Assembly: GCA_949358305.1 (NCBI GenBank) | Contig: OX442314.1 | Location: 7,440,001 to 7,504,000 of the forward strand | Reading direction: 5' to 3' | DNA length: 64,000 nt | Source: Strigamia acuminata | Lineage: Eukaryota | Shown here: in pieces, positions 37,403-48,096 of the stretch | Layout of the letters: every line of letters begins with the position of its first letter | Position numbering within the stretch: position 1 is the first letter of the stretch | Made by a program: the position numbers and the translations under genes | Notes under the pieces: generated by a model | What the model saw: the letters and a program-made list of their open reading frames with translations, nothing else | Database searches by the model: none | Told to the model about the DNA's origin: nothing

Positions 37403-38855
37403 AGGTTGCAAGCTAAAAGTGAACTTAGGTAAAATTTTGAATTTTGACATTTTTGTTGTAATTTTTCTTTACCAAGAAAATTATGGCTGAGTTGTATTTT
37501 TTCTAACCAGAAAATTATGACTAAATGTCCGCGTTGTAAATTTTTCTTAAAAAAGAAATTTATAACCGTTTTGTTCGTGTTGTGATTTTCTTTAACGAGA
37601 AAATTACGATTATTGATTTGTTTGTTGTATTTTCTCTCGAAAAAGAAAAAATATAATTACAAATTTCACAGTGTTGTTAATATTTTAATCGAAATATTGA
37701 TTGAACATTGTTTCCCGAGTCTAGTTGCATTTTCCTCACAAGAATGTGTAACAAGTAGACTACCGTATGTTATTTATTATTTCGCGAGAAATATAAATAA
37801 ATGTGCCAGACGTTTGTTGGGTCAATCCTTTTGAATAAAAAGTTTTGATTCTCAACAAACAAACAGAAGTTTCTACAACTCGAAGAATTTACGATGCTGT
37901 CCATTGTTTAAGTTATTTCTAGCAAAAATGCTTAAACTTTAACTTTTTGTCCGAAAAGTTAACGACACTTGGATGGTAGTCTGAAAAGGTCATATTTTCT
38001 CACCAAAAATGTGACTAATGGTAGTATTTTGTGATTATTTCCCGAAAGGAAATAAAAACAATTTTCTCTTTACCAAGAGACTGGAGATTGTCAAGCAGCT
38101 GTGGATAATCGGCGATTTTGACTTGTCTTAAAAAACAGGTTAATCTTGCTGACAAGAATAGCAAAGTTTAAATTCTCGAAAATAGAATTTGGACCAAAAC
38201 TCAGTGGGGGGCATATCCAAAAAAGGAGATGCCTTTTTGGGTGATGAATGAGTGACACACGTCAAATGTGTCATTCTTTAACTCATCCAATCCCGCTGAA
38301 CGGATTAACCCAAAAAATCCATTTTTGGGAAGTGTGAAGAACTACTTGCATTCTTGCATCCACACTGACTGGACGTCTCTTGACCACTATTTTGGACCGT
38401 GACCACCTTGTTCGTTTGGACCATTTTGCATCCGAAAAAGCCGTAAAGTTAAGTGTAATTTTGTTAAAACATTGTAGTTTAAAGCGCACCTTCCTAAGCG
38501 CTAGTTTAATATAAAAAGTGTATTTCAATTTTGTAGTTTAAGTGTGTTTTGCCCACACCAAGTTTAAAGAATCAGTTGTACTATTCTTTCTCTAGTTTTA
38601 ATTTAGGCGTGACTGTTTCTCCGCGCTAGTTGTTGTATTAAAATCCTTCGTACTCCAATCTATTTTTAGGGCGTTATTTTCTTGTTGTTTTTCGTGTACC
38701 CCACAGTACACGTTTTAACACCAAACCTATCGCCAATTTTTGTTGTTGTTCGATTTTGTCGGTTACGTACTAAACGGTACGTAATCTCACACCGAATCTA
38801 TCGCCAATTTTTCAACTTTTCACTTTGTGTTTTCATATTTTTGAACAAAAATATC

Positions 38856-41800
38856 ATGACACATCATCGTAATCTGTTCGACACCCTGAATCAGACGAGA
38901 GATCAGGAAGACGAGAATCAATCGCGGAACCAGCTTACTCCTATAACGGAGGAAAGTGTTGGTTTGCGATGAATTATTTGCGATAATCATATTTGTTGTG
39001 CATTTCCGAGTAGGCACAATAAGCGCGTTACTTCATATATTGGTACGAATGGTCAGCCAGTTGATTCTGCTTTTTAAACTACGCTTGTTTCGTACTCCAG
39101 CTGGCTGTGTCTATGTGATAACGCGCGTCCCGTCGTCTGCTTGTTAAGCGATGATCGTTTAATTTGGTTTGGTATTGTTTATCCATTACTTTAGTCTTTA
39201 CGTTGTATTATTGTAAAGAATAAATCTATTTGGTTATACTAATAGATTTGTTCTCGTTGTTACTCTGTAACCTGAGTTGAGATCAAATAGCCTCAACCCA
39301 GATCACTTGTTTTTATGCTTTCATGGTGAATAAAGATGGCGGTCGCGTGTTGCGAACTAACCGCACTTTATAATCGGTTTGCAAGTTATTTCCGCATGCT
39401 CCAGGTCCAAATACGCTCTTCAAATGGTAGCAGAGGATCGGCGACGACCAGCGCCGGCCAATTTTAGAAGAATTGAAGAGAAACGGACATTTTTCCGACT
39501 ACGAGAAGTCGCAAAGTGCGCGCCCGCCCAATTCGTCGTGAAAACGAATTTTCGGTGCGGCAAACGTCTGGATTACGTGTGCGGACCATTCTGCAAAGGA
39601 ATAGGATTCCAACGGTGTAAGGAATATTTATTTCGAACGATTTAAACTGTATTTTTGCCGATATAACCGGGCTTTCTCGGGCGGCGCCATTTTTGTTGAG
39701 CTTCGCTGCAGAATACGGCGAAGTTAGTGTGTCTACGCGTGTGTACGGACCGGCACACGCACGCCCAACGATTCTACAACGGAATACGTCGACAGGACGG
39801 TATTTTGGAGCGAAGAAACGTCCCAAAACCGTCATTTTTTCGAGAAATCACCGTGAATCGACGATTTTGTTACGGCGGCCATTTTTCGTCAAAAATAGAC
39901 GGAAAAACGACGATTTGATTCACCGAGAAGTCCTGCACACGATAAGCGTGTGTGTGGGCAATTGTTTCCGTATCTCGCACCAGGAAAGCGAGTACGAAGG
40001 CGCAGACGGGCGCTACGACGATTTTCTCCGCGCTTACACGGATGTGTGTACGCGGATTGCACGTCAGCCGATTCCGTGCGAAGACAACGTGAAGCCGACG
40101 TTTAATCCAACGTGGGAACCAGTTACGACGCGTGGAACCCGTAACTGGCCAACTTCACATCAAAAACTGTATTTTTCGAATTTTTCTCGTGAAACTCTGT
40201 TATTTATTAAGGTTTTTGTGTTGGGTCACTTAGAATATTCTGTACCCTTCGGGCAGTCGCCCCAGTACAGTCTCATTCCAGTCTGGGCTTGTCCGTGGCC
40301 AACTAGTCGTCCCGCGTCCCCCAGGTGGGCCGGTCGGAAGCTAGTAGGGCGACCAGATTTGGGTTTTTCATCTCACTTATTGAGGTGCCCCTTGGGAAGT
40401 GTAAAATTATTTCGCCTTCAATTTTTGGGGGCAAATTGCTTCTCCGTGCGACATATTCACGTGTATTGTGAATATTTGTGTTTTTCTTCGGAAATTTTGT
40501 GATTTAGCGATTTGTGCGTCGTTTTTCGTCGAATTTTCTCAACATGGCAAGTTGGGATCGCCGGGACGACTATAAGGACGTGGAAAAATTGAATGGAACG
40601 AACTATTCGACGTGGAGTGTTCAAATCCAACTCCTTTTGCAATCATATGGAGTTTGGGGCCACGTGACTGGCAAGGAGAAGCCCTTGCCAGCCACGGCTT
40701 CTGCAAAAGAAGTTAGGGAGTTTGACAAGCGCGAGGAGAAAGCGCGCTCCACCATTTGTCTGGCTTGTGGAAAAGCCCAACAGGTAGTGGCTGTGGCACA
40801 CGAAGGGGCCAAAGAGGTTTGGGAAGCGCTCAAAGCTGCTTACCAGCCCACTACCAGGGCACGCAAAGCCCGACTTCGTCGCGAATTTCTCATGTTGAAA
40901 CTCCATGAGCAAGAGGAAATGATGGTTTTCCTAGCCAGAGTCGACAGGAAGGCGCTGGAACTGAAAGACGTCAAAATAGACATTTCCGACGAATTCCTGG
41001 CCTTCCAGTACCTGGATCTGCTGCCACATCAATACGAAACGGTCAAGCAGACGGTCTACCACTGGGGAGACCCGGAATTCACCTCGAAGGCCGTCAAAGA
41101 ACGTTTATTAGGCGAATATAATCGCCTCTACGAGCAAACGGATGAATTTGGTGTTTCATTGGGCACAATTGAGAATACGGGTGCCTATTTCACCAAAGGC
41201 AGATGGCAACGTGGCCGGGGGGGAAATGCCCCCAGTTCTCCACGCGTCTGTTACAACTGTGGCGGAACAAATCACTTCGCCCGGGAATGCTCGTCCCCAC
41301 CAAAACAGCAACAAGGTGCTACGAGAGGAAACCCGACAGGACAGTTCAGCAGGGGCAGTCAACGAGGGAAGAGTCGTGGGAAGAGCCAGCAGACGGCCAA
41401 CGTCACGCAAATGGACATTTTTAGCAATTCCCCGGTGTCTTATTTCTCCGCAGCGATTTGCCAAGAACAACCCCCTGTTGTAGTGTCTTTATTGTCGCAT
41501 GCGAACTACGATTCGCAATGGTACGTCGACACAGGTGCGACGGACCACTTTTCGTTCAACAAAACCTGGTTTTCGGACTTTAAACCATTGACTGGTTATT
41601 CTGTTCAACAAGGAGACGGAAAGTCGAAAATTGAAGGCATTGGAAATGTGACTTTAGTTTCGATTAATGGACAACAAACACGTGAACTAACGTTGAAAAA
41701 CGTTTATTACGCACCCAACTTCAAAAAGAATTTGATTTCTTTAGGTCGTACGGATGAAGCTGGGGCGACAACCATTGTGAAAAATGGTAAAATGTTTATT

Positions 41801-44800
41801 TATGATGTGACAATTGATGACCCTTCTATCACTGCGATCCGTACGAGTGATAGGATGTACAAAGTCAATTGTCGCATTAATGCAAAGAATTCTGTAAACA
41901 CTGTTGCATTGTCTGCGCAACAGAGTGCAACGGTGGCATCTAGTCCACCTTTAGCGGGTGAAGAAATTGTTAAATCTTTACTAACACACGTTGATTTTAG
42001 AACCGCATTAACCCAAAATTTGAGTAAATCAGGGAAACCTGTACCTGCGAGAAAGGGGCAAGCGAAAACTGCGAATACTGCGCCAGCGATCGTTGCAAAC
42101 AATGCGAGTATGGAAATTTCGAATCAACAATCGAGTGTTTTGACCGACACACAGTCTAGCTTAGTAGCCAGCAAGGGCAATAAGCCCAAGGATGCGAAAA
42201 TTTTGAGAACAATTGTGCAAAACAATTTAACAAATGGAAATGGGGTTGTAAATGGAAAGAATGCTTCCATTAAACCAGATAAACCCCAAACGATGGACAT
42301 CTGGCACTCTCGTATGGGACACCTTAATGCAAAGGGAATTGCATTGTTAAACAAATCTACTGAAGTGTTTGGTTTGAAGTTGTCCAACACGGAATTGTCG
42401 AGTTGTGATGCTTGTTCGATGGCGAAAAGCACACGTGCCAGTTTTCCCCCCATTGCGACCATTTCGACCAAAGGGATTTTAGAAATTGTCCATTTAGACG
42501 TGTGGGGCCCTTCACCAGTTAGGAGCATAGGTGGGGCGTACTACTATTTGGTCATGGTCGATGACTTCTCACGATTGATGTGGATCGTGATTATGAAGAA
42601 AAAGAGCGAAGTTTTGGGCCATTTTAAGAAGTGGTTAACCGAAATTGAAAGAACGACTTCTAGGAAAGTCAAGTCGATCAAAACTGACAATGGAGGGGAA
42701 TTCGTATCCAAACAATGGGATGAATATGCCGGTAGCATTGGGCTGAAGTGTATGCGGACGAACGCATACAGCCCTGAGATGAACTCCATCGCTGAAAGAA
42801 CGAACCGTACCATTCTCGGTGGAATTAGAGCTTTAATGATTGAAAATAGTCTTCCTTCATCCCTGTGGGCAGAACTCGCAGTTTCTGTCGTTTACTTAAA
42901 GAACCGGTTTCCGCATGCGGGATTGGGTGGGAGGACACCTTATAATGTGTTTTTCAACAAGAAATTATCCCTACGACATGTCAAATGCATTGGTGCTTTG
43001 ACTTATGTGCATATCCCTTCGCAGACAAGGGCTGGGAAGTTACAAGAGAGAGCATGGGCGGGGGCCTTAGTTGGATATGCCTCTTCCACCCGTGGTTATC
43101 GGATTTGGGATCCGAACAAAAACCAAGTTTTTCTCTCAAAACACGTTAAAATTTTGGAACAGAATTTCTGGTACGAGAAAGTAAAGAATCCCCAATCTGG
43201 CCCATCACCTGCTACTGACGATTCAGATTTATCAGGCGAAGAGTCTTGTAATGACTCTGACACAGACAGTGTTTATAGCGAACCTATCCCCGAGGAAGAG
43301 GTCAAAGTGGTTGAAAAACTCGTGGAGAGACCCATTCAGGCCAGACCACCTGGGGGACCCGACTATGTAGATGCCATGCAATACATCATTGGAGATATAC
43401 ATGGCCTAAATTTTGATGAAATCGGTGGGGCGAAGGGGGATGATAGGGATTTCTTCAATATTTATCCCGACGACGATGAAGGAGAAGTTGAAGAGGAAGT
43501 TGAGGACCCAGATGCAAGCCCTCAATTGTCGCCCCAATCGTCACCCACACCCCCTCGTCGGAACCCGCCTAGAAAAGGGAAAGACACTGGCGAACGCACA
43601 GCTTCAACGAGTGACTTGTTGCCTCTAGATATGACTTTGTGGCAAAGACGGCAGACTGTACGTCAAAGCGGGGCAACAGCTGGGAAAGTTGATGTTTGGT
43701 ACATCACACCAAAGCACGAGAAGCTCCGCAGCCGTGTTGAGGTTGTCCGTTGGTGCAAAGCCGAGGGATATGAATATAAATCGGAATTGTTTAACTTCAA
43801 AGATGTGACTATCGGTTTTGCTGGTTGCTGCTCTGTCGAGCCGGACACGTACGAAGAAGCGGTCAAAGGCGCCAGCAAACCTGATTGGGAAAACGCGATG
43901 GAAGACGAAATAAATATCTTCAAAGAGCGTGAGGTTTATGTCGAAGTCGACAAAGACCAAGTTAAAGACAAAACCTTATTGGGATCAAAATGGATATACA
44001 AGTTAAAAAGGGATCACACGGGTACGATTAGAAGATATCGTGCTCGTCTCGTTGCACAAGGCTTCAAGCAGAAGCCAGGCATTGACTTTACTGAGGTATT
44101 TTCCCCAGTAGTCAATTTTGTGTTAGTCATGATGTTCTTCTGTGTCTTAGTGGTACTGAGGGGCTGGCGTGACGTACACCTTGACATTAAGGCCGCATAC
44201 CTATATGGGGACCTCGACGAAGTGCAATATATCCACATCCCAAAAGGATATCGAACGACTGAAAACCAACACAAATGTTGGGAATTGAGAAAGTCTCTTT
44301 ACGGGCTTCATCAGTCTGGTCGTATGTGGTACCAGCGACTCCACGACCAGCTGATTGAAATTGGATTTGAACCGGTCTTGGGTCTCAATTGCGTGTATAG
44401 CTTGGGCACTGACGCTATACTTATTTTCTATGTCGATGACATTGTATTGTTTTCAAAAGACAACATAGCAGAGGAGTGCGTTTTGGATTGGATTCAACAA
44501 TCATTTGAGATTGTCAATTTGGGCCCCGTCACCCTTTTGTTAGGGATAGAGTTTTGTAGGGACGGGGAGAATATCTTTATTCATCAGCGCGCTTATATTG
44601 CAAAGTTGTGTAAGCAATATGGGATTGACTCTTGTCATCGAGTTAGAGTGCCTGGCACCCCGGGCACCATGATCCAAAAGGTTCAGACGGGGGAACGTGT
44701 CAATTCGAGTTTTCCGTATCGGTCTCTTGTCGGCAGTTTGCTTTTCATCGCAAGTCGTACAAGACCCGATATTTTGTTTTCGGTGATAGTGTTGTCTCAA

Positions 44801-47800
44801 TACAACGAGACTCACTCGACTCGACACGTGAACATGCTGCTCCAAATCCTGCGATACTTGGGGAACACGCCAAATTTCTCTATCAACTTGGGAAACTGCC
44901 AAAGCGAAAATTTGACCGTTTATACGGATGCGTCCTTCGCATTAGACCAGGACAAACGTCGAAGCTTTGGTGGGCACATCATCTACCTGGGAGGTGTCCC
45001 AATCTCATGGAACTGCCATAAGCAGACCATTACAGCACTTTCCATTATGGAAAGCGAATTTTTGGCGGTGGTCGATGGTGTAAAGGAGATAATTTGGTTG
45101 GAGCGCATATTTGGTGCGGATGTGATGATGGATGGGCTCAACCGGGAAATACCATGTGTTTACGCTGATTCAATGCCAGCGATCCAATATGCGAAGAATC
45201 GCATAGAAAATCGCGCAAACAAACATATTGACGTTAAGTTGCATTTCGTGCGCGACTGGTTTGAAAAAGGTGTTTTTCGAATCAGACATATCCCGGGAAC
45301 CCTTAATGTAGCCGACCTTATGACCAAGTGGCTATCTCGCGCAAAACTAGATGCATTGTGCGAGCATATTTTTGTAGCGGCAAAGTAGTTCATCGAAGGG
45401 GGATTTGTTGGTTTGCGATGAATTATTTGCGATAATCATATTTGTTGTGCATTTCCGAGTAGGCACAATAAGCGCGTTACTTCATATATTGGTACGAATG
45501 GTCAGCCAGTTGATTCTGCTTTTTAAACTACGCTTGTTTCGTACTCCAACTGGCTGTGTCTATGTGATAACGCGCGTCCCGTTGTCTGCTTGTTAAGCGA
45601 TGATCGTTTAATTTGGTTTGGTATTGTTTATCCATTACTTTAGTCTTTACGTTGTATTATTGTAAAGAATAAATCTATTTGGTTATACTAATAGATTTGT
45701 TCTCGTTGTTACTCTGTAACCTGAGTTGAGATCAAATAGCCTCAACCCAGATCACTTGTTTTTATGCTTTCATGGTGAATAAAGATGGCGGTCGCGTGTT
45801 GCGAACTAACCGCACTTTATAATCGGTTTGCAAGTTATTTCCGCATGCTCCAGGTCCAAATACGCTCTTCAGAAAGCACGCAGTACGACGCCGACGAGGA
45901 TTTGCGGGCGTATTGTCGCCACTTCAACTTAGATGTACGTTTCTTCGGTTCGCTGACCGAAGCCAAACAGTATATGGCTCGCAATCAACAGCCGGGAGGT
46001 TCGTCCGACCGTTCCGGCCGATCAGCGGACGAGTTGGAACTGAACCGCGGAGGTATCAACGGAGGGCCGCCGGCAACTTACGAGAAGTCGCGTGACCTGC
46101 CACCCGCTCCACCTCCATTACGAGTCGTTAATCCTACTTCTCCAAGTAAGGAACAAACGACGGAACCAAGTGCATCGACTCCAAAGTCAGATGAACCCCT
46201 ACTGGTTGAGCGTACGGACAACGTACAACGACCATCTGTAGTGGACAAAGTCGCGAGCGAGTCGCAGACCATCGTCCTTGAACGGCGTAACCAACAGCCT
46301 ATTCCTGCACTCCCGCCAGTGTTGGAACAGGAAATTCCGCCGAGGAGAGTTGTTTATCCACCTAAACATCCCTCCGAAGCCATACGACGTTTCCAACAAG
46401 AAATTAGGGATCAAACCTCAACGTTGAAAACCCCTGTTGATTTCAAGGCACAGCAGGAATTTCCGACTAGAAAATTTCCGGCCGATCCGATCGAACGCTT
46501 CCAACAACGAGTTCGCGACGAAGTACGAGATGTGGACCCAAATCCAATTCAACCTCATACACATTTCGAGTCACCGCGAAGAAGGCCGAACTTGCCTGCC
46601 TTGCGTCGGGAGAAGTCGCCGTCGCCAATTATTCCCCGTGCTCAAATAGGATATGAGGAATTTCGGCCAAATTACGAAGATTATCGGACGAATCACGGGT
46701 ATAACTTCCCCAGCCAGGGGAGATTCCGTCGTTCCTCGCCACCGCGACCAGATGAGTTTCAACGCTCATATTCGCCACCTCCTGCAAGGGGGAGTCGAAG
46801 AAATGAACCCCGTCCACCCCAGCCAGGGGGACAAGGGGGACAAGGAGGGCAAGGGGGACATCACGCCGATAATCCCAACTTGCTCCCTCCCGGTTATTTT
46901 CAACGTTCATATTCTCCACCGCCACGGAGGGGAAACAGCGCGAGTAGCACTGCTCCCACCCTGTCGCAAGACGACATGAACTTACTAGTTCAGAGATTGT
47001 CGGGAAATGTGCGAAATACCCAATCGCAACCGCAACCAAATAGGAAATTCATCTGTAAAGGAATAGAAATCCCAGCTTTTGAAGGAAAGCAGGAAGACGT
47101 GTCAAGATTTTTGGAAGTCGTGAAATCAGTTTCAATGTTACGAGAAATAACATTGGACAACATGGTACATGAAATCATTCCAGGTTATTTACTGGGCCAT
47201 GCGCAAACATGGTTCAAACAAGAGAAACGACGTTTCACAAGTTGGGAAATTTTCGAGGACGCTTTTCTAAGACGTTTCGATCTCGTCCCGCTCACGCGAG
47301 CAAGACGACTGAAAAACGTAATCCAGAGAGCTGACGAAAGCTTATATGATTTTCTGTTGCGTTTTTCCAAAGCGCAAGGGAAAATTGCACCCGGAAGCAG
47401 AGAAGGTATAGACCACCTGTTCGATAATGTAACTGATGAAAGCTTTATGTTATTGATGAACAAGGACCTGTACGGTGAAAGTACAGTCGAAGAAATCATT
47501 TATTTCGTGGGAAAACATCGCTGTATGTTTGAAAACAAAAAGCAACATTCGGCGCGTCTCGAGTTTGACAACAGCGAATTCCCAACATCCAATGCCTCGA
47601 CAAAGGCAAAAGATAACAAATTCGCATCTAAACCATCACTCAAGAGTTCCACTGTCGGTTATGAACCAAATACCCAAGTGGAAAGTGACATTGAAGTTGA
47701 TAGTGGAGACGAAGAATCGATGGAGACCATCTATATTAACCACATGGAGACCAAGTCCGGGAAGTGTTTTTACTGTTATGAAACAGGGCACTTCAAACGG

Positions 47801-48067
47801 GAATGCCCGAAATGGCTAAATAAGAATAAAGCAGATTCCGCAAATAAACGTCCGGCGAGCTCACAAGCTACGCCCGATGATGTAAAACGGCCTAGACCTA
47901 ACTGGGTTACGACCGAACTTCTGGACAAGAAACTAGGCGATTTACAATCAACATTGCAGTCGTCTCTTCAAAAGTCCCTTCACAGCTCAGTTACCGATCT
48001 ACTTACAAAATTCTTGAAAGCTCCTACAAGCTCGACAGAAAAAGCAGAGGAGTCAAAAAACTGTTAA
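38856..48067 (+). CDS. gag: Gypsy B gag, interrupted near codon 34 by the Copia insertion (38856-38956 + 45877-48067)
   Basis: Removing the Copia and one TSD restores MTHHRN..TPITEES-TQYDADE in frame. Capsid-like IPAFEG..FL..LLGHAQTWF..WEIFEDAFL; zinc knuckle CFYCYETGHFKREC. Confidence 0.9.
39425..39438 (+). promoter_or_regulatory. Primer-binding site, initiator tRNA-Met
   Basis: TGGTAGCAGAGGAT is complementary to the 3' end of metazoan tRNAi-Met. Confidence 0.88.
40544..45388 (+). CDS. Copia gag-pol polyprotein (gag, zinc knuckle, PR, IN, MBD, RT, RNase H), 1614 aa from the first ATG
   Basis: KLNGTNYSTW; CYNCGGTNHFAREC; WYVDTGATDH; WHSRMGH..CDAC; HLDVWGP..TDNGGEF..AERTN; YRARLVAQG; FYVDD; YTDAS..KHIDVK..ADLMTK. 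Confidence 0.97.
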   Translation: MASWDRRDDYKDVEKLNGTNYSTWSVQIQLLLQSYGVWGHVTGKEKPLPATASAKEVREFDKREEKARSTICLACGKAQQVVAVAHEGAKEVWEALKAAYQPTTRARKARLRREFLMLKLHEQEEMMVFLARVDRKALELKDVKIDISDEFLAFQYLDLLPHQYETVKQTVYHWGDPEFTSKAVKERLLGEYNRLYEQTDEFGVSLGTIENTGAYFTKGRWQRGRGGNAPSSPRVCYNCGGTNHFARECSSPPKQQQGATRGNPTGQFSRGSQRGKSRGKSQQTANVTQMDIFSNSPVSYFSAAICQEQPPVVVSLLSHANYDSQWYVDTGATDHFSFNKTWFSDFKPLTGYSVQQGDGKSKIEGIGNVTLVSINGQQTRELTLKNVYYAPNFKKNLISLGRTDEAGATTIVKNGKMFIYDVTIDDPSITAIRTSDRMYKVNCRINAKNSVNTVALSAQQSATVASSPPLAGEEIVKSLLTHVDFRTALTQNLSKSGKPVPARKGQAKTANTAPAIVANNASMEISNQQSSVLTDTQSSLVASKGNKPKDAKILRTIVQNNLTNGNGVVNGKNASIKPDKPQTMDIWHSRMGHLNAKGIALLNKSTEVFGLKLSNTELSSCDACSMAKSTRASFPPIATISTKGILEIVHLDVWGPSPVRSIGGAYYYLVMVDDFSRLMWIVIMKKKSEVLGHFKKWLTEIERTTSRKVKSIKTDNGGEFVSKQWDEYAGSIGLKCMRTNAYSPEMNSIAERTNRTILGGIRALMIENSLPSSLWAELAVSVVYLKNRFPHAGLGGRTPYNVFFNKKLSLRHVKCIGALTYVHIPSQTRAGKLQERAWAGALVGYASSTRGYRIWDPNKNQVFLSKHVKILEQNFWYEKVKNPQSGPSPATDDSDLSGEESCNDSDTDSVYSEPIPEEEVKVVEKLVERPIQARPPGGPDYVDAMQYIIGDIHGLNFDEIGGAKGDDRDFFNIYPDDDEGEVEEEVEDPDASPQLSPQSSPTPPRRNPPRKGKDTGERTASTSDLLPLDMTLWQRRQTVRQSGATAGKVDVWYITPKHEKLRSRVEVVRWCKAEGYEYKSELFNFKDVTIGFAGCCSVEPDTYEEAVKGASKPDWENAMEDEINIFKEREVYVEVDKDQVKDKTLLGSKWIYKLKRDHTGTIRRYRARLVAQGFKQKPGIDFTEVFSPVVNFVLVMMFFCVLVVLRGWRDVHLDIKAAYLYGDLDEVQYIHIPKGYRTTENQHKCWELRKSLYGLHQSGRMWYQRLHDQLIEIGFEPVLGLNCVYSLGTDAILIFYVDDIVLFSKDNIAEECVLDWIQQSFEIVNLGPVTLLLGIEFCRDGENIFIHQRAYIAKLCKQYGIDSCHRVRVPGTPGTMIQKVQTGERVNSSFPYRSLVGSLLFIASRTRPDILFSVIVLSQYNETHSTRHVNMLLQILRYLGNTPNFSINLGNCQSENLTVYTDASFALDQDKRRSFGGHIIYLGGVPISWNCHKQTITALSIMESEFLAVVDGVKEIIWLERIFGADVMMDGLNREIPCVYADSMPAIQYAKNRIENRANKHIDVKLHFVRDWFEKGVFRIRHIPGTLNVADLMTKWLSRAKLDALCEHIFVAAK
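43613..43803 (+). other. Methyl-CpG-binding domain between the Copia integrase and RT
   Basis: WQRRQTVRQSGATAGKVDVWYITPKHEKLRSRVEVVRW..LFNF aligns by eye to the MBD2/3 consensus GWKxEEVIRKSGLSAGKSDVYYxSPSGKKFRSKPQLARY..FDF. Confidence 0.9.
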
Positions 48068-48096
48068 GGGGGGTTGAACCAACCATTTCAGCCCCC
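48055..48096 (+). promoter_or_regulatory. -1 programmed ribosomal frameshift signal (gag-pol)
   Basis: A_AAA_AAC in the gag frame, a 7-nt spacer, then the stem GGGGGTTGAA/TTCAGCCCCC. The -1 frame is open into pol. Confidence 0.85.

Larger units (their letters stand above)
38957..45871 (+). mobile_element. Full-length Ty1/Copia retrotransposon with an MBD (CopiaMBD-type)
   Basis: 466-bp TG...CA LTRs (38957-39422 and 45406-45871; 2 substitutions seen), 5-bp TSD GAAAG, PPT gaagggggatt at 45395-45405. Confidence 0.97.

Noticed and set aside
37450..37805. CRISPR-like repeat spacing
   Set aside because: Units are degenerate hairpins without constant repeats or unique spacers, there are no cas genes, and the context is a eukaryotic retroelement leader.
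39693..40502. 269-aa ORF in the Copia leader
   Set aside because: TTG start, no recognisable motif, GC-rich leader. It cannot be supported as coding without conservation data.
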